Origin: Hemiscyllium ocellatum
Lineage: Eukaryota
Direction: 5' to 3'
Length of the DNA stretch: 64,000 bases
Assembly: GCF_020745735.1 (NCBI RefSeq)
Contig: NC_083431.1
Location: 44,668,496 to 44,732,495 of the forward strand
This document shows, one piece after another, positions 50,219 to 62,194 of this stretch (positions are counted from its first letter, which is position 1; each line of letters begins with the position of its first letter). The translations under genes and the position numbers were made by a program. The notes beneath the pieces were generated by a model, which saw nothing but the letters and a program-made list of their open reading frames with translations, searched no databases and was not told the DNA's origin.

Positions 50219-50512
50219 TCCTCCGTTACAATATCTTCAACCAGAAGCGCCAGGCTTTTTACTGCACGTGATACCACTAAGAGCAGAAAGCAAGTCATTT
50301 CTGAAGTTTCCAAAAAAGACACTGAAGACATTTCCAGAAGAAGTATGAAAATTCAGCTTGGAAAAGAAAGACAATCTGCTCAGATGGCTAAGTATCCCAA
50401 CAAAGCCAGTAGAGTTGACGTGAAAACAGAGCCGAGTACTATGAAGAGGGATCATTCAGCTACACCAGTTGTCAGTGAAGAGACTATTCCGAGAAAGAGA
50501 CCAAAATACAAG
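50219..50512 (+). CDS. LRWD1: LRWD1 coding exon 6 (disordered basic linker)
   Basis: Open 294-nt S/T/K/R-rich frame between a TAAGCAG| tandem acceptor and AAG|GTAATT, phase 0-0, ending PRKRPKYK. Poorly conserved, so supported by splice signals and phase rather than homology. Confidence 0.72.
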
Positions 50513-51717
50513 GTAATTGGCTTGAAATTTCAACTTGACCTATATTTGGATTGTTTAAATCATTTTATGAGGAGCTTAGCGTTTTACCTAAACCATATAA
50601 ATAGTGTATCAAATCTGGAATGGTTCCTTTGTTCAGATTTATCCTAAATTCTTATGTTTCTATACTCCCATAACTAGTCTAAGTGCCTTGGTATAGAAGT
50701 TGGATCTATAATGTGGCAAGTGTCCCAACATGGCGAGGGATACAATTTCCCCACACTTTTGCAGATTGCTCACTATATTGGATTAATGAACAAAAACAGC
50801 TATATTATCAATTTTGAAAAATTTAATGTCTGGATAAAGTGTTTGCTTAAAGAAATATTTACACTTTTTACAAATAATTTAATGTGAAAGTTCTTTATTT
50901 TCTACCACTTCTTCTTTCTACAAGTTAAGTATGAAAGTTTTTTAAACACTTTTTTTTTTGTATTCAGCACCTTTCTGCTTTTCTGAACATTTTTTTTCTC
51001 CACAGCATTCCTAGCAAAAGCATTTCTATCCGTTGGGCAAATTTCTATGGCTGCTAACTGTTTTCCAGTCCCTTGTTTTGATTGTTCTTCATATGTGAAC
51101 AGAGACAAAGGGCAGAGTTTTGATTGCCATGGGGAGGTGAGTGCAGGGCAGGAGTCCTACAAAGTGGCAAAGAGTTATCAATCAGGTTTAGCCCAGGCAG
51201 GTTTGCAACTTGCAGGAAATTCCTGTGGAGTTCCTGAGCACAATGGGGAATGCTTCTGTAATGAAACTAAGGCCAGGAAGTGCTCAAAAGTAAACTGAGG
51301 AAAATTAGCACTGCCTAGATGTGAAGCTAACGCTCCCAGTGTCTTTTCTGAGAGTGTGCTGTCACTGCTTGACACATGATTTCCAACAATTGGAAGTCTG
51401 TTTACTTGTCTTCCACTTCACTCACCCTGATCTGCAGTTCACACTTCACTATTATCTCTTTTGGTCCTCCAAGGAATAAAGTGGATAGCAGAAGCCACAG
51501 CAGCAAAATGTTAGTGTGGATGGATTGAAAGTATAATTGTGAGGCATGGTAAGGCATGTTACTATTTACTATTCAGATGGGAATACGAGGAGATGCCTGG
51601 AGAGAAAAGAATGAACCGAGCTGTTGTGAAGAATGAGCAAGTGTTAAGCAAAAGAAAGCTGGGAAAGGCAGAATGTGGATATTGAAGACTGAATGGGTTG
51701 TGAAGGTCCTTGGACTT

Positions 51718-53199
51718 AGAACATAGAACATAAAACAATACAGCACAGAACAGGCCCTTCGGCCCACGATGTTGTGCCGAACATCTATCCTAGATTAAGC
51801 ACCCATCCATGTACCTATCCAATTGCTGCTTAAAGGTCGCCAATGATTCTGACTCTACCACTCCCACGGGCAGCGCATTCCATGCCCCCACCACTCTCTT
51901 GGTAAAGAACCCACCCCTGACATCTCCCCTATACCTTCCACCCTTCACCTTAAATTTATGTCCCCTTGTAACACTCTGTTGTACCCGGGGAAAAAGTTTC
52001 TGACTGTCTACTCTATCTATTCCTCTGATCATCTTATAAACCTCTATCAAGTCACCCCTCATCCTTCGCCGTTCCAACGAGAAAAGGCCAAGAACTCTCA
52101 ACCTATCCTCGTACGACCTATTCTCCATTCCAGGCAACATCCTGGTAAATCTTCTCTGCGCCCTCTCCAAAGCTTCCACATCTTTCCTAAAGTGAGGCGA
52201 CCAGAACTGCACACAGTACTCCAAATGTGGCCTAACCAAAGTCCTGTACAGCTGCAACATCACTTCACGACTCTTGAATTCAATCCCTCTGCTAATGAAC
52301 GCTAATACACCATAGGCCTTCTTACAAGCTCTATCCACCTGAGTGGCAACTTTCAAAGATCTATGTACATAGACCCCAAGATCTCTCTGTTCCTCCACCT
52401 GGCTAAGAACCCTACCGTTAACCCTGTATTCCGCATTCTTATTTGTTCTTCCAAAATGGACAACCTCACACTTGGCAGGGCTGAACTCCATCTGCCACTC
52501 CTCAGCCCAGCTCTGCATCATATCTAAGTCCCTTTGCAGCCGACAACAGCCCTCCTCACTGTCCACAACTCCACCAATCTTTGTATCATCTGCAAATTTA
52601 CTGACCCACCCTTCGACTCCCTCATCCAAGTCATTAATAAAAATTACAAACAGCAGAGGACCCAGAACTGATCCCTGCGGAACTCCACTTGTAACTGGGC
52701 TCCAGGCTGAATATTTACCATCTACCACCACTCTGACTTCGACCGGTTAGCCAGTTTTCTATCCAATTGGCCAAGTTTCCCTCTATCCTATGCCTCCTGA
52801 CTTTCCGCATAAGCCTACCATGGGGAACCTTATCAAATGTCTTACTAAAATCCATGTACATTGCATCCACTGCTCTACCCTCATCCACATGCTTGGTCAC
52901 CTCCTCAAAGAATTCAATAAGACTTGTAAGGCAAGACCTACCCTTCACAAATCCGTGCTGGCTGTCCCTAATCAAGCAGTGTCTTTCCAGATACTCATAA
53001 ATCCTATCCCTCAGTACTCTTTCCATTACTTTGCCTACCACAGAAGTAAGACTAACTGGCCTGTAATTCCCGGGGTTATCCCTGTTGCCTTTTTTGAACA
53101 GGGGCACAACATTCGCTTCTCTCCAGCCCCCTGGTACCACCCCCATTGACAGTGAAGACGAAAAGATCATTGCCAATGGTACTGCAATTTCCTCTCTTG
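51718..53199 (-). mobile_element. Young 5'-truncated CR1 LINE
   Basis: ORFs 52715-53176 and 51790-52731 form a continuous RT with one frameshift (GVPQGSVLGP, KFADDTK); TTCTATG-type tail; CpGs retained. Confidence 0.93.
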
Positions 53200-53704
53200 A
53201 CTTCTTGGGGCGCTATAGCCATTTTAAAGGCAACACATTTTCCACCCATCCTGCTTGGTGTAAGAGACTAGGCTACTCTTCCAGCTCTTTTGCATATACC
53301 ATCCCACTTCTGTTTCTCAGATTCTGTGCTAGATCCAAGCCCAAAATCTAGGATTAGTCAGTCCAGGTCCCCATTCATTCCTATGAATGCTGAATCAAAT
53401 GGAATAGACTATATTGGTGCTTACTGGATTCCCTTGAACCAGAAATTCTTTCTGCAGTAAATTTGGTGCCTCATCCCACTTTACCTGTCCTTGATCAGGA
53501 ACCTGGAAACACAAAGCTGAATTACACAGCAATGACACAATCAGCTGTTGAATGAAACAGATTCTTGACAATTGCTGGCATCAAATAGGGCAATCAACCT
53601 CTCCATGGTCTGGTAATGCAGCAAAAAGCCTGGAAGTAGGAGTTTACTGCAGGTCCTACCAGGACTAGTTTCACACTTGAAGGTTTTGCATTTATAACAA
53701 ACTA

Positions 53705-53929
53705 CACATTGTTCTCCTATAATATGATAAGTTGAGTTCCTCTGCAACTTGGTGCTATAGAAAATCACATCACAGAAAACCGCTATAAAAGATTGTCTAG
53801 AAAGTCGCTATAGAAAATTGTTATACCCATTTAATAGAAAGTTTGCATTATCCAAACAGCGTCCACAATTTGTCAGTCAAGTTCTAACCAATTCACATTG
53901 ACAAAACGTGTGTTATGCCAGATGACTTG
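53705..53929. mobile_element. Tigger/pogo-like MITE
   Basis: TA-flanked, decayed TIRs; inverted relative of 54320-54534. Confidence 0.55.
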
Positions 53930-54051
53930 TATCATATTTGACAACTATTTGCATTAGCTAACTGTTGAGCACCATAGCGAACACTAACCATTTTGTCATA
54001 TTGCTGTTTATTTCACATTATATAGTAGTACCTGCTAGAAGCACTAGCAAC

Positions 54052-54086
54052 CACCTGATAAAGAAGCGGTGCTTCGAAAGCTAGTG
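54052..54086 (+). ncRNA. Minimal hammerhead motif (family B), G8 mutated
   Basis: CAC-CUGAUAA-A-GAAGC(GGU)GCUUC-GAA-AGCU-A-GUG. Confidence 0.6.
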
Positions 54087-54319
54087 CTTCCAATTAAATA
54101 TGTTGGGCTATAATCTGGTATTGTGTGATTTTTAACTTTGTACAGTTATGTTTTGAGCAATGGTCCTGACAGAGGGCTGGCAACTTATGGCTTGATCCTT
54201 TACCATTTGACTGGTATGGAGACCTAAAAATTAGGAACTGGTTAACCCAAATAATGAAAAGTGAGAGAAGGCATTTCCTAAATCTGCACTGGTGTCATTG
54301 GAATGCAGCTATAGAAATA

Positions 54320-54534
54320 CAGGTCACTCTGCTATAATGTGTGTTCTGTCAACACAAATTTGCTGCAATGTGATTGACAAATTGAGGATGTTATTTCTAA
54401 AGTGTGAACTTTTAAACAATGTGTTAGCTATAAAGCGATTACATCACCAGCACTTTAAATGCTATTTCTAAAGCACGATTTTTCTATGACGTGGGGTTGT
54501 GCAAGAATGCAACCATAAGTTAAAGAACAACCTG
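54320..54534. mobile_element. Tigger/pogo-like MITE
   Basis: TA|CAGGTCACTCT...AGAACAACCTG|TA. Confidence 0.65.
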
Positions 54535-54959
54535 TAGCTGATGTGACATCCTGAAAGGCTCATAGGGTTTGTGGAGAAAATTGTTAAATGCTGGGGATAC
54601 TTTTCTAAATTATGTTTCTGAATCATTTTTAAAAGAAAGCCTGGACATGTTAGAAAACCATTCATGTGGTATTAGCTTCCCCTCTTATTGAATGTCAAAT
54701 AAAACTAAGTTTGTATTAATTTTACCTTTTTTGAGCACAAAAGGAGATTGGTATAGTGTTAAAGGATTGGATGGTGAGGTATTTGTGAAAAGTTTCTTTA
54801 TCAATGTATAAATGTTCCTACTAGACAAAGAGCAAAACTTGACCTTCTCTTGTGAAATTAAAGCAGGGGGCAAATGACTGCAGTGTTTGTAGGGGAACGC
54901 TTTGGGACTAGTTATCATAATTCTATTACGTCCAAAATTAGTTATGGAAGAGGATAAAT

Positions 54960-57435
54960 CTTTCAAAAAGGTTAGTTCTTAATTGAAGTAAGACAAATTT
55001 TAATAGTATGAGACATGAACTTTCTAAATTTTGATTGGAGTAGACTGATCACAGGAAAGTGGCAACTGACGTTGAAGACTTTAAAAAAATGCAATAACAA
55101 GAGTTCAGACGCATTATGCTCCTGTTAGAATAAAAAGTAAGGCAGGTAAGATTAGGGAACAACAGATGGAAAAAGACCTCAAAATTGATGGCACAGTGGA
55201 CAGTAAAGAAGGTAATCCAAGATTACAAAAGAGATTATTGATCAATTGGGTCAACTGTCTGAGGAGGGCAGATGGAGTTTAATTTCGGTTAAAGGCAAGA
55301 TAAATTGTACTTTGGTAAAACAAACAAGGACGGCACTTATACAATTTAATGGTAGAGGGTAAAACAAGGACTGCAGATGCTGGAAACTAGAGTCTGGATT
55401 AGAGTGGTGCTGGAAAAGCACAACAGGTGAGGTAGCATCTGAGGAGCAACCCTGTTCTTTGAAACTTGTGTCATGTGTAGACAGGGTGGTTAAGAAGACT
55501 TTTAGCATGCTTGCCTTTGTTGCTTAGACCTTTTGAGTATAGGAGTTGGGATGTCATTTGGAGGTTGTACAGGAAGTTGATGAGGCCTTTCCTGTAGTGC
55601 AATGTACAATTCTTGTTGCCCTGTTATCGGAAGGATATTGTTAAACGGGATGGTTCAGAAAAGATATTTACCAGGATGTTGCTGGGAATGGAGGGTTTGA
55701 GTTATAAAAATAAATTGACTTTTCTCACTGGAGCGTAGGAGGTTGAGGGGGTGACCCTTTTTATAGAGGCTTGTAAAATCATGAAGTATCATTGATAGAA
55801 TGAATGGGTCTTTTTCCTGAAGTGGGGCGTTACTAGAGGGCACATTTTTAAGGTGAGGATAAAAATTTACAAAGGACTTGAGGGGCAACTTATTTCAGAG
55901 TGATTAGTGTGTGGAATAAACTGCCAGAGGAAGTGGTAGATACAGGTGCAGTTAGAACATTTTAACAGACGTTTTGTATAAATAATTTAATAGGAAGGGT
56001 TTGGAAAGGTTTTGGCCAAATGCAGACAGGTGGGACTGGTTTAGTTTGGGAACATGGTTGATGTGAACTAGTTGGAATTAAGGGTCTGTTACCATGCTGT
56101 ATGACGATGAAATGTCAACAGAAATTGAGATGTGCACAGAGCAAAAAGCTGCCATCCTTAAGGTTGAAACCCTAGCGATTTTTGGTTACTGGTGGGTCAA
56201 TAGTCTTAGTTCTAACTTAATTGCTAATAGACCATTAGCTGTTATTTCATGAAGGAAAACCGGGGCTGATGTTGCTCTGTTACAGGCCCCCTTTCATACT
56301 GGATCTTATAACATCTATTTAATGAAGAAGCAATTGTTTTGTTGTGGAAATTTGGCTCCTTAAATAGAAGAGGACATATTGTGGCAAGTATTTACTTTGT
56401 CTAGATTAAAGTTTGAGGCATGTATATCTTTTGTCAATGTGTTTTTATCTTATCTATCTAATATTAGATAGTTTGCTTCTTTCATATAGCTTTAAGCCAT
56501 CTATGTCCAGCACCATTGTTTCACCACTTAATTGTGGACTCTTTAGTTACACAATGCTAATTCACCCTGATGTTCTCCCAATTACCCAAAGTATTGCTGA
56601 CCTTTTTAGTTAACTGGACTGAGATTGAAACCTTGTGACTTGGTGAAGTTGTGTGTGGGCGAATGCATGGTAGATATAATGTGGATAAACGTGAGGTTAT
56701 TGACTTTGGCAGCAAAAACAGTTTTGTAGTTTCATAGTAAGAGAAGCAGGAGTAGACCATTTGGCCCGTTGAACCGGCTCAGCCATTGTCTTAGCTCCTC
56801 TTCCCTGCATTATCCCCGTAACCCTTAATTCCCCTCCCATAAAACCCGAGGGTTGGAGTATTTAAAGATTGGAGACCTTGCTCCTACTGTATAAGGCATT
56901 AGTTAGACCACACCTGGGTTGCTGTGAACTTTTTGGGTCATATTAACATTGGAGAGAGTCCAGAGAACGTTCACTAGGCTGGTCCCAGGGTGGGGAGGGG
57001 GGTGAATTTCCTTAAGAGAAAAAGTTGAGTCGGTTGGGCCTGCAAACATTGGAATTTTGAAAAATCGAAGGAAACTTTATTGAAATGTATAAGTTTCTTA
57101 GAGGTTGATAGAGGCAGTTTCCCCTTTGGGAGGCCTTCATGCAAGGAGGGATGCCCTCAGAATAAGGGGTCAGCCATTTAAAACAATTGAGGAATTTCTT
57201 TGGAGATAATTGATGGTGGAATTCTTTATGGCAGAGGGCAATAGAGATTGGGTCGTTATGTATTTTGAAGGCTGATATAGACAGATTTCTAGTCAGTAAG
57301 GGAATCTTGGCTTAAAGGGAAAAGATAGGAAAGTAGAATTTGAGGATTATCAAATCAGCTATGATACTTTTGAATGGGAGAGCTGACTTGGTGGACTTAT
57401 TGGCCTGCTTGTGCTCCTATATCTTATGGTCTTAT
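54960..57435 (+). mobile_element. Decayed CR1 fragments with nested PLE tail
   Basis: CR1 3' motifs at ~54960-56110 and ~56590-57435; minus PLE tail at ~55357-55450. Confidence 0.65.
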
Positions 57436-58505
57436 AAAATGCTGGATTGAAAAATGTAAAATTTAGTGAAATAAAAGTTAAGGCACACAATTAGGCAACA
57501 ATTTTTAATCAAAGTGGAAAATTATCAAGCACAATTGTGAAAAAGTATAAACTATACTGTAAAGCAAATAAGCTAAGAGTTCTGTGGGCAGAAATTAAAG
57601 TTAAACTGAAACATGGGAAAAATACCTGAGATGAACAAAGAGCATATTAGAAAAATATCATTAGGAAAGCAGAAAATGTGGTGGTAGGGGGGAAATAAAG
57701 GAGATCAGGAGGATTCCAAGGGAATGTGAGAAATTACTGGCAAATGATGCTAAAGTGAAATATTAATTTTATTAACACAAGTGAATAAATATTTAGAGGG
57801 CAAAGCAGTTATGGATGAAGTGGCAGGATCTATTTGCAGGACATGAAAGAATCAGATAATAAATATTTTATATCAACCCCTAGGATTGTTGAACTAAGAA
57901 TTTGGAGCAATTAATTGAGTTCAGCACACAATTCACTTGATGCTGATTGCAGGTGCCTTGGTCTATTGGAAGAAACTTGAGCGTGACAGCAATGACGTTG
58001 GCTGCCATTTTTAATCATCTTTCAATGCCATGTGTCTGGAGAGTAGTTGATTTAAAACACTTACGCGATACAGAGAAATGTATAGTTACAATGGAAAAAG
58101 ATGTTAAAAAGCACATCGGAGTCTTTGCTTTTTGTAGTGGCATTGAATTGTCAGCAATCACTTACTAATGAGTATGATTGTTCACCATGACACCTAAAAA
58201 TTCTTAGGGTTTTTGACAGAGTGATTAAGAAAAGCTTACTTTCTCTGGGTGGATGAGTCCGTGAAATGGGGCCATTGTTTAAATTCATTAAGAGGATGCA
58301 GAAAAGAAATTTGAAGAATGTTTGTTTCACAGTTGATAAGGCAGACACCATTAAAGAAACTGCCATGGGAAGAAAGTGGAATGTATTTTGTTTAAGTATA
58401 GAGCCTATAAAAATATTATGGGCCAGATTACTTTCATTTGTGTTGCAAGTGTCTGTGGTTCCATCTTGTACCAGTACTTAAGGTTTTCTTTTAAATCTTT
58501 ACCAG

Positions 58506-58632
58506 AAAACTCTAGTCCTAGAACCTCTACATTTTCTGCAGAGCCACAGCAGGGATAATAATCCTGAGGACTTGAGTACCCAGCTTTGGGACTGTGCTTT
58601 TGAACCGGAAATAAAGAATTCTCAGATTCCAG
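58506..58632 (+). CDS. LRWD1: LRWD1 coding exon 7 (start of WD40 region); gene continues past the window
   Basis: KTLVLEPLHFLQSHSRDNNPEDLSTQLWDCAFEPEIKNSQIP matches the LRWD1 LEPLHFLQxHSxxNxPxDLxTQLWxCAFEP block; TTTACCAG| and G|GTGATG. Not in the ORF track. Confidence 0.92.
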
Positions 58633-59499
58633 GTGATGTAATATAATTGGAAAATAAATAAGCGATATATAATGTTGACAGTGCAATTTGAGAATTTGTT
58701 TTTAAAGTACATGTAATTACTTAAACACCTTTAAGTGAAACTGTGCACAGTACCTGCAAACATTGAAACTTATTTAACTGCACCTTTTTTGTCATTGGAA
58801 ATTCTCAGTACATCATGTATTTTGATTTTAACAATACTTTGGCAATGTGTTACACCAGGAAAATGTTCTAAAGTTGAGTATAAAAGTCAAGCTTCTAATG
58901 GAATAAAAGTCAAGCTCCTAGAAGATGGATTAAAAATAGGTTGAACTACGAACAGAGGATGGTTGTGAATTGAATTCTGTCCACAGGCAACAAGGTCATT
59001 GTCTTGATCACTGGGTCTGTTGAATATTTCTGATGGTTTCTTCTTTTTTCAAATGATTTGAAACTGGAGTTAAAATAAAACTAAATTTGCAAATTACACC
59101 AGATCTCAACTAGTAGAAAGGGAACAAACAAAATGCAAATTCATATGAGTATGTTGGTAAAGTGGTCTGGTGAATGGCAAATGGTATTCAATGTGGACAA
59201 ATTTGGAGGCAGTGAGACTCTAGATGAGAATTCTAGTAGGAATACAGATTTAAATATTATGATATTTTGGCTGTCATTTTCATTGAGTTTCCCTTGGGCT
59301 CGGCAAGATTTATTGCCCTGTGGTCCCAAACTTGTCTCATTCACTACCTACTCACCTCTATGCTACCCCGCTGGTCTGATGTTAACCCCGTCCTACCACC
59401 TGCATTAACCAGAAAAACTTGCCATCAACCACAATCGGAAGTGTACTTGCACCCTTAGAGCCCATGCCATCATTACAAATGTGGGTGAGGATTGGCATT

Positions 59500-60025
59500 C
59501 CGATGCTCTCCTGCACATTCCCTAATAAGGGAAAATCCCTGGAAATAGTATACAAAGGAAAATTTGCATGGATGCCCTTTTCAATGGGGTGGTGCAGAAG
59601 AGGGATGCCCTTTTTCCCAGCACTTAGAGATGAGATTAGATTAGATTAGATTCCCTACAGTATAGAAACAGGCCCTTCGGCCCAACAAGTCCAGAGTAAC
59701 CCACCCAGACCTATTCCCCTATCTTATATTTACACTATAGGCACTTTAGCATAGCCAATTCACCTGTCCTACCCATCCTTGGACTGTGGGAGGAAGCCAG
59801 AGCACCCGGAGGAAACCCAAGCAGATATTGGGAGAACGTGCAAACTCCACACAGACCTGGGTCCCTGTCATTGTGAGGCAACAGTGCTCACCACTGAGCC
59901 ACCACGCCATCCCATTAGTCCCTGTCAGTCTGGTTCAGGGTAGCAACCTGGGTCACTGCAATCCTAACTGCCTGGAGGAATGCTCATCAGTGCTGTTAAA
60001 AGATCAATGACTTGCTTCACGCCAT
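59500..60025 (+). pseudogene. Myb/SANT-like gene relic of a PIF/Harbinger transposon, split by an HE1 SINE
   Basis: DALFNGVVQKRDALFP (59571-59618), then VWFRVATWVTAILTAWRNAHQCC*KINDL (59928-60014), fitting the NAIF1/MSANTD-type W..VA..V......R...QC.KK..DL pattern. Confidence 0.6.
59633..59908 (-). mobile_element. HE1-type V-SINE
   Basis: TTAGA-repeat tail, V-domain and A box on the minus strand. Confidence 0.82.
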
Positions 60026-62194
60026 CTTCCCTCTCACCTGCTGCTGTCCCACATCTCACCAAGATTCATGATCATACCACTTTCTCAATTGGATACAACT
60101 CCCTACCCCGATCAGTGTCGCATACTACAGATACACACACACTACAAACACTGCATGCCCTCTGCACTGCCTACTTCATTCACCATGAACACCCCTCATG
60201 CACTTGGGCGAACAGCAACCTACTTTTACCTCACTTAATCCCTCTATTTACTTATTCTAGGAAAAGGGAGCATGAGTGGGTAGTGAAGTGCAAAATATTA
60301 GGACCCTCGCCCTTCACTAGGACAGAATCCTGGCAAATTGCAGGAAAAGACTAGGACTGTGTACCTGCAGGGGGACCAAGACATTTTGTATCTCACCAAT
60401 TGAATAAGTACTATTCATTCCAAAAAAAAATCAACTCCTCACTCACCTTAACCTTGACATTGCTGGATGTGGGTCCCTAGGGCAGCCATCAATTGGTCCG
60501 TGGCACCTATTAGGTGCTCAACTGTAGCCTCTAAGCCACAGCGCCACTGCTTCCCGCATTACCTCCCTAGTGCTGTTTTGTCTGCTTGTGCGCCATAGAC
60601 TAGATGATATGCATAACTTATTTCACAGGACTGCAAAACCTTCTTCCTTTTGGTATTTTGCATGTTTTAAGTTGAATGTCCATTATCTCGGTGGCCAAGC
60701 AGGCTGCCCCACAGGAAAGCCCCTCTATCACCTCTCAAGGAGAGTTCAGAGGAAGTGTTGGCAAGGCTGTTCCCCTGCAACCCACCCCACCATGTCAGTG
60801 GCTGTATTAGTTAATTTACATTTAGAAGCATAAGCAGATGAGCATGTCACTGTCACATCTCCAGAACTGATCAAAGAAAAAAATGTCCCCGGTTGCTGGT
60901 ACTTGGGACTGCTAGAGGCCAAGCACCTACTCCTCCCCATGTGAGAGAGGACTTTGTAGTTCGGTAATCAGGGACTTTCTGCACATGCACAAGCAGACAC
61001 AGGAAAAGCAGTAAGTATGTGGGAGACGATGACCCTCATAGCCTAGAGGCTGCCGGATCTAGCTGCAGCAAGCATGAGTTCATCTGATAGCTGCCATGGA
61101 GATCCATATCTAGCAATCTCTAGATCTGTGAATAAGTGTGCAGAACTACACTCAATTGTCCTAACCACTTTGGTTGGTGGCAATGGCATGGTGTCAAGAG
61201 GGTGGTCCACCTTGACATCACACCAGGAGGCCTGTCCTCAAGGTGACTCGGCATGCCAGTAAGTACTTCACTGGAGGAGGACCTGCACACAGGCCCTTCT
61301 TCTCAAGACACTCCAGCGTGGCAGGGCCTTCCTTCTCCAATCTGCCTACAACCTTCACATCTGTGTTGAATCCAAAGATGGTGAACTTGCCTCTGGTGAG
61401 GACACGCTTTTAGCCCATCTGGGCTTTCTAAACCCAGATGTTCCTAGAGTAATCCAATCAAACTTTCAAGACCAACCAGGTCCAGTGTAGAGCTGACACC
61501 TGTTTGGCTGCAAAATCTGTAGTGAGAGATGTGGGAGGGAGTGAAGAAAGAAAACGTCTTGAGGGGCACGTTGGTGGCATTGCAGTTTAAGTTTGACATT
61601 TGTTTAAAAAATGCTCAGTGCCATTAAATCTCTGCGTAGTAAGTTACAGTAGGGACTGAGCTTAGACATCAGTTGATGTTCCATGTTCTTCCATAGAGGA
61701 ATATCTGACGTGAGAAGCTGCTGAAACTAGGCACATTTTGACGAGGTGTACAGGCATCGATATGGTCTCAGTGGCCAAAGGTGTTGCTCTTGCATGAAAT
61801 GATCGTAATGTTTGGGGCCTAGGGCTGTATAGCACTCAGTGAGGCAATAGATAAAGGTTGCCAGTGATTGAGTGCTTACACGTGTGTCATGGAAAGTAAA
61901 TGGGTCTCTTTTTTTTTTTGAAGAGCCTTATACTGCTATATTTTGGGTTCTCCATCACTGGTCAGAGTATGTACCTGCACATTGTGTTGTTGCAGCCATT
62001 TTCTTTCCCATTATGTTGATGCAATGGGATTGTAGGATGATAGAAAGTAAGCACTCCTTGAATTGTAATTTCCAGGCTCTGCCTTTGTTTTGGTGAGTCC
62101 CTGAACATCCAAGTATCCTTCTGGTAGATAATTCCATGACACTATAGGCTTCACACTTGATCGGGTTCCTTGTATAGCAGACTACATAAACCTG

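Noticed and set aside
51069-51136. Extra LRWD1 exon ending at GAG|GTGAGT
   Set aside because: The candidate acceptors give in-frame stops or a length not divisible by 3; exons 6 and 7 already join in phase.
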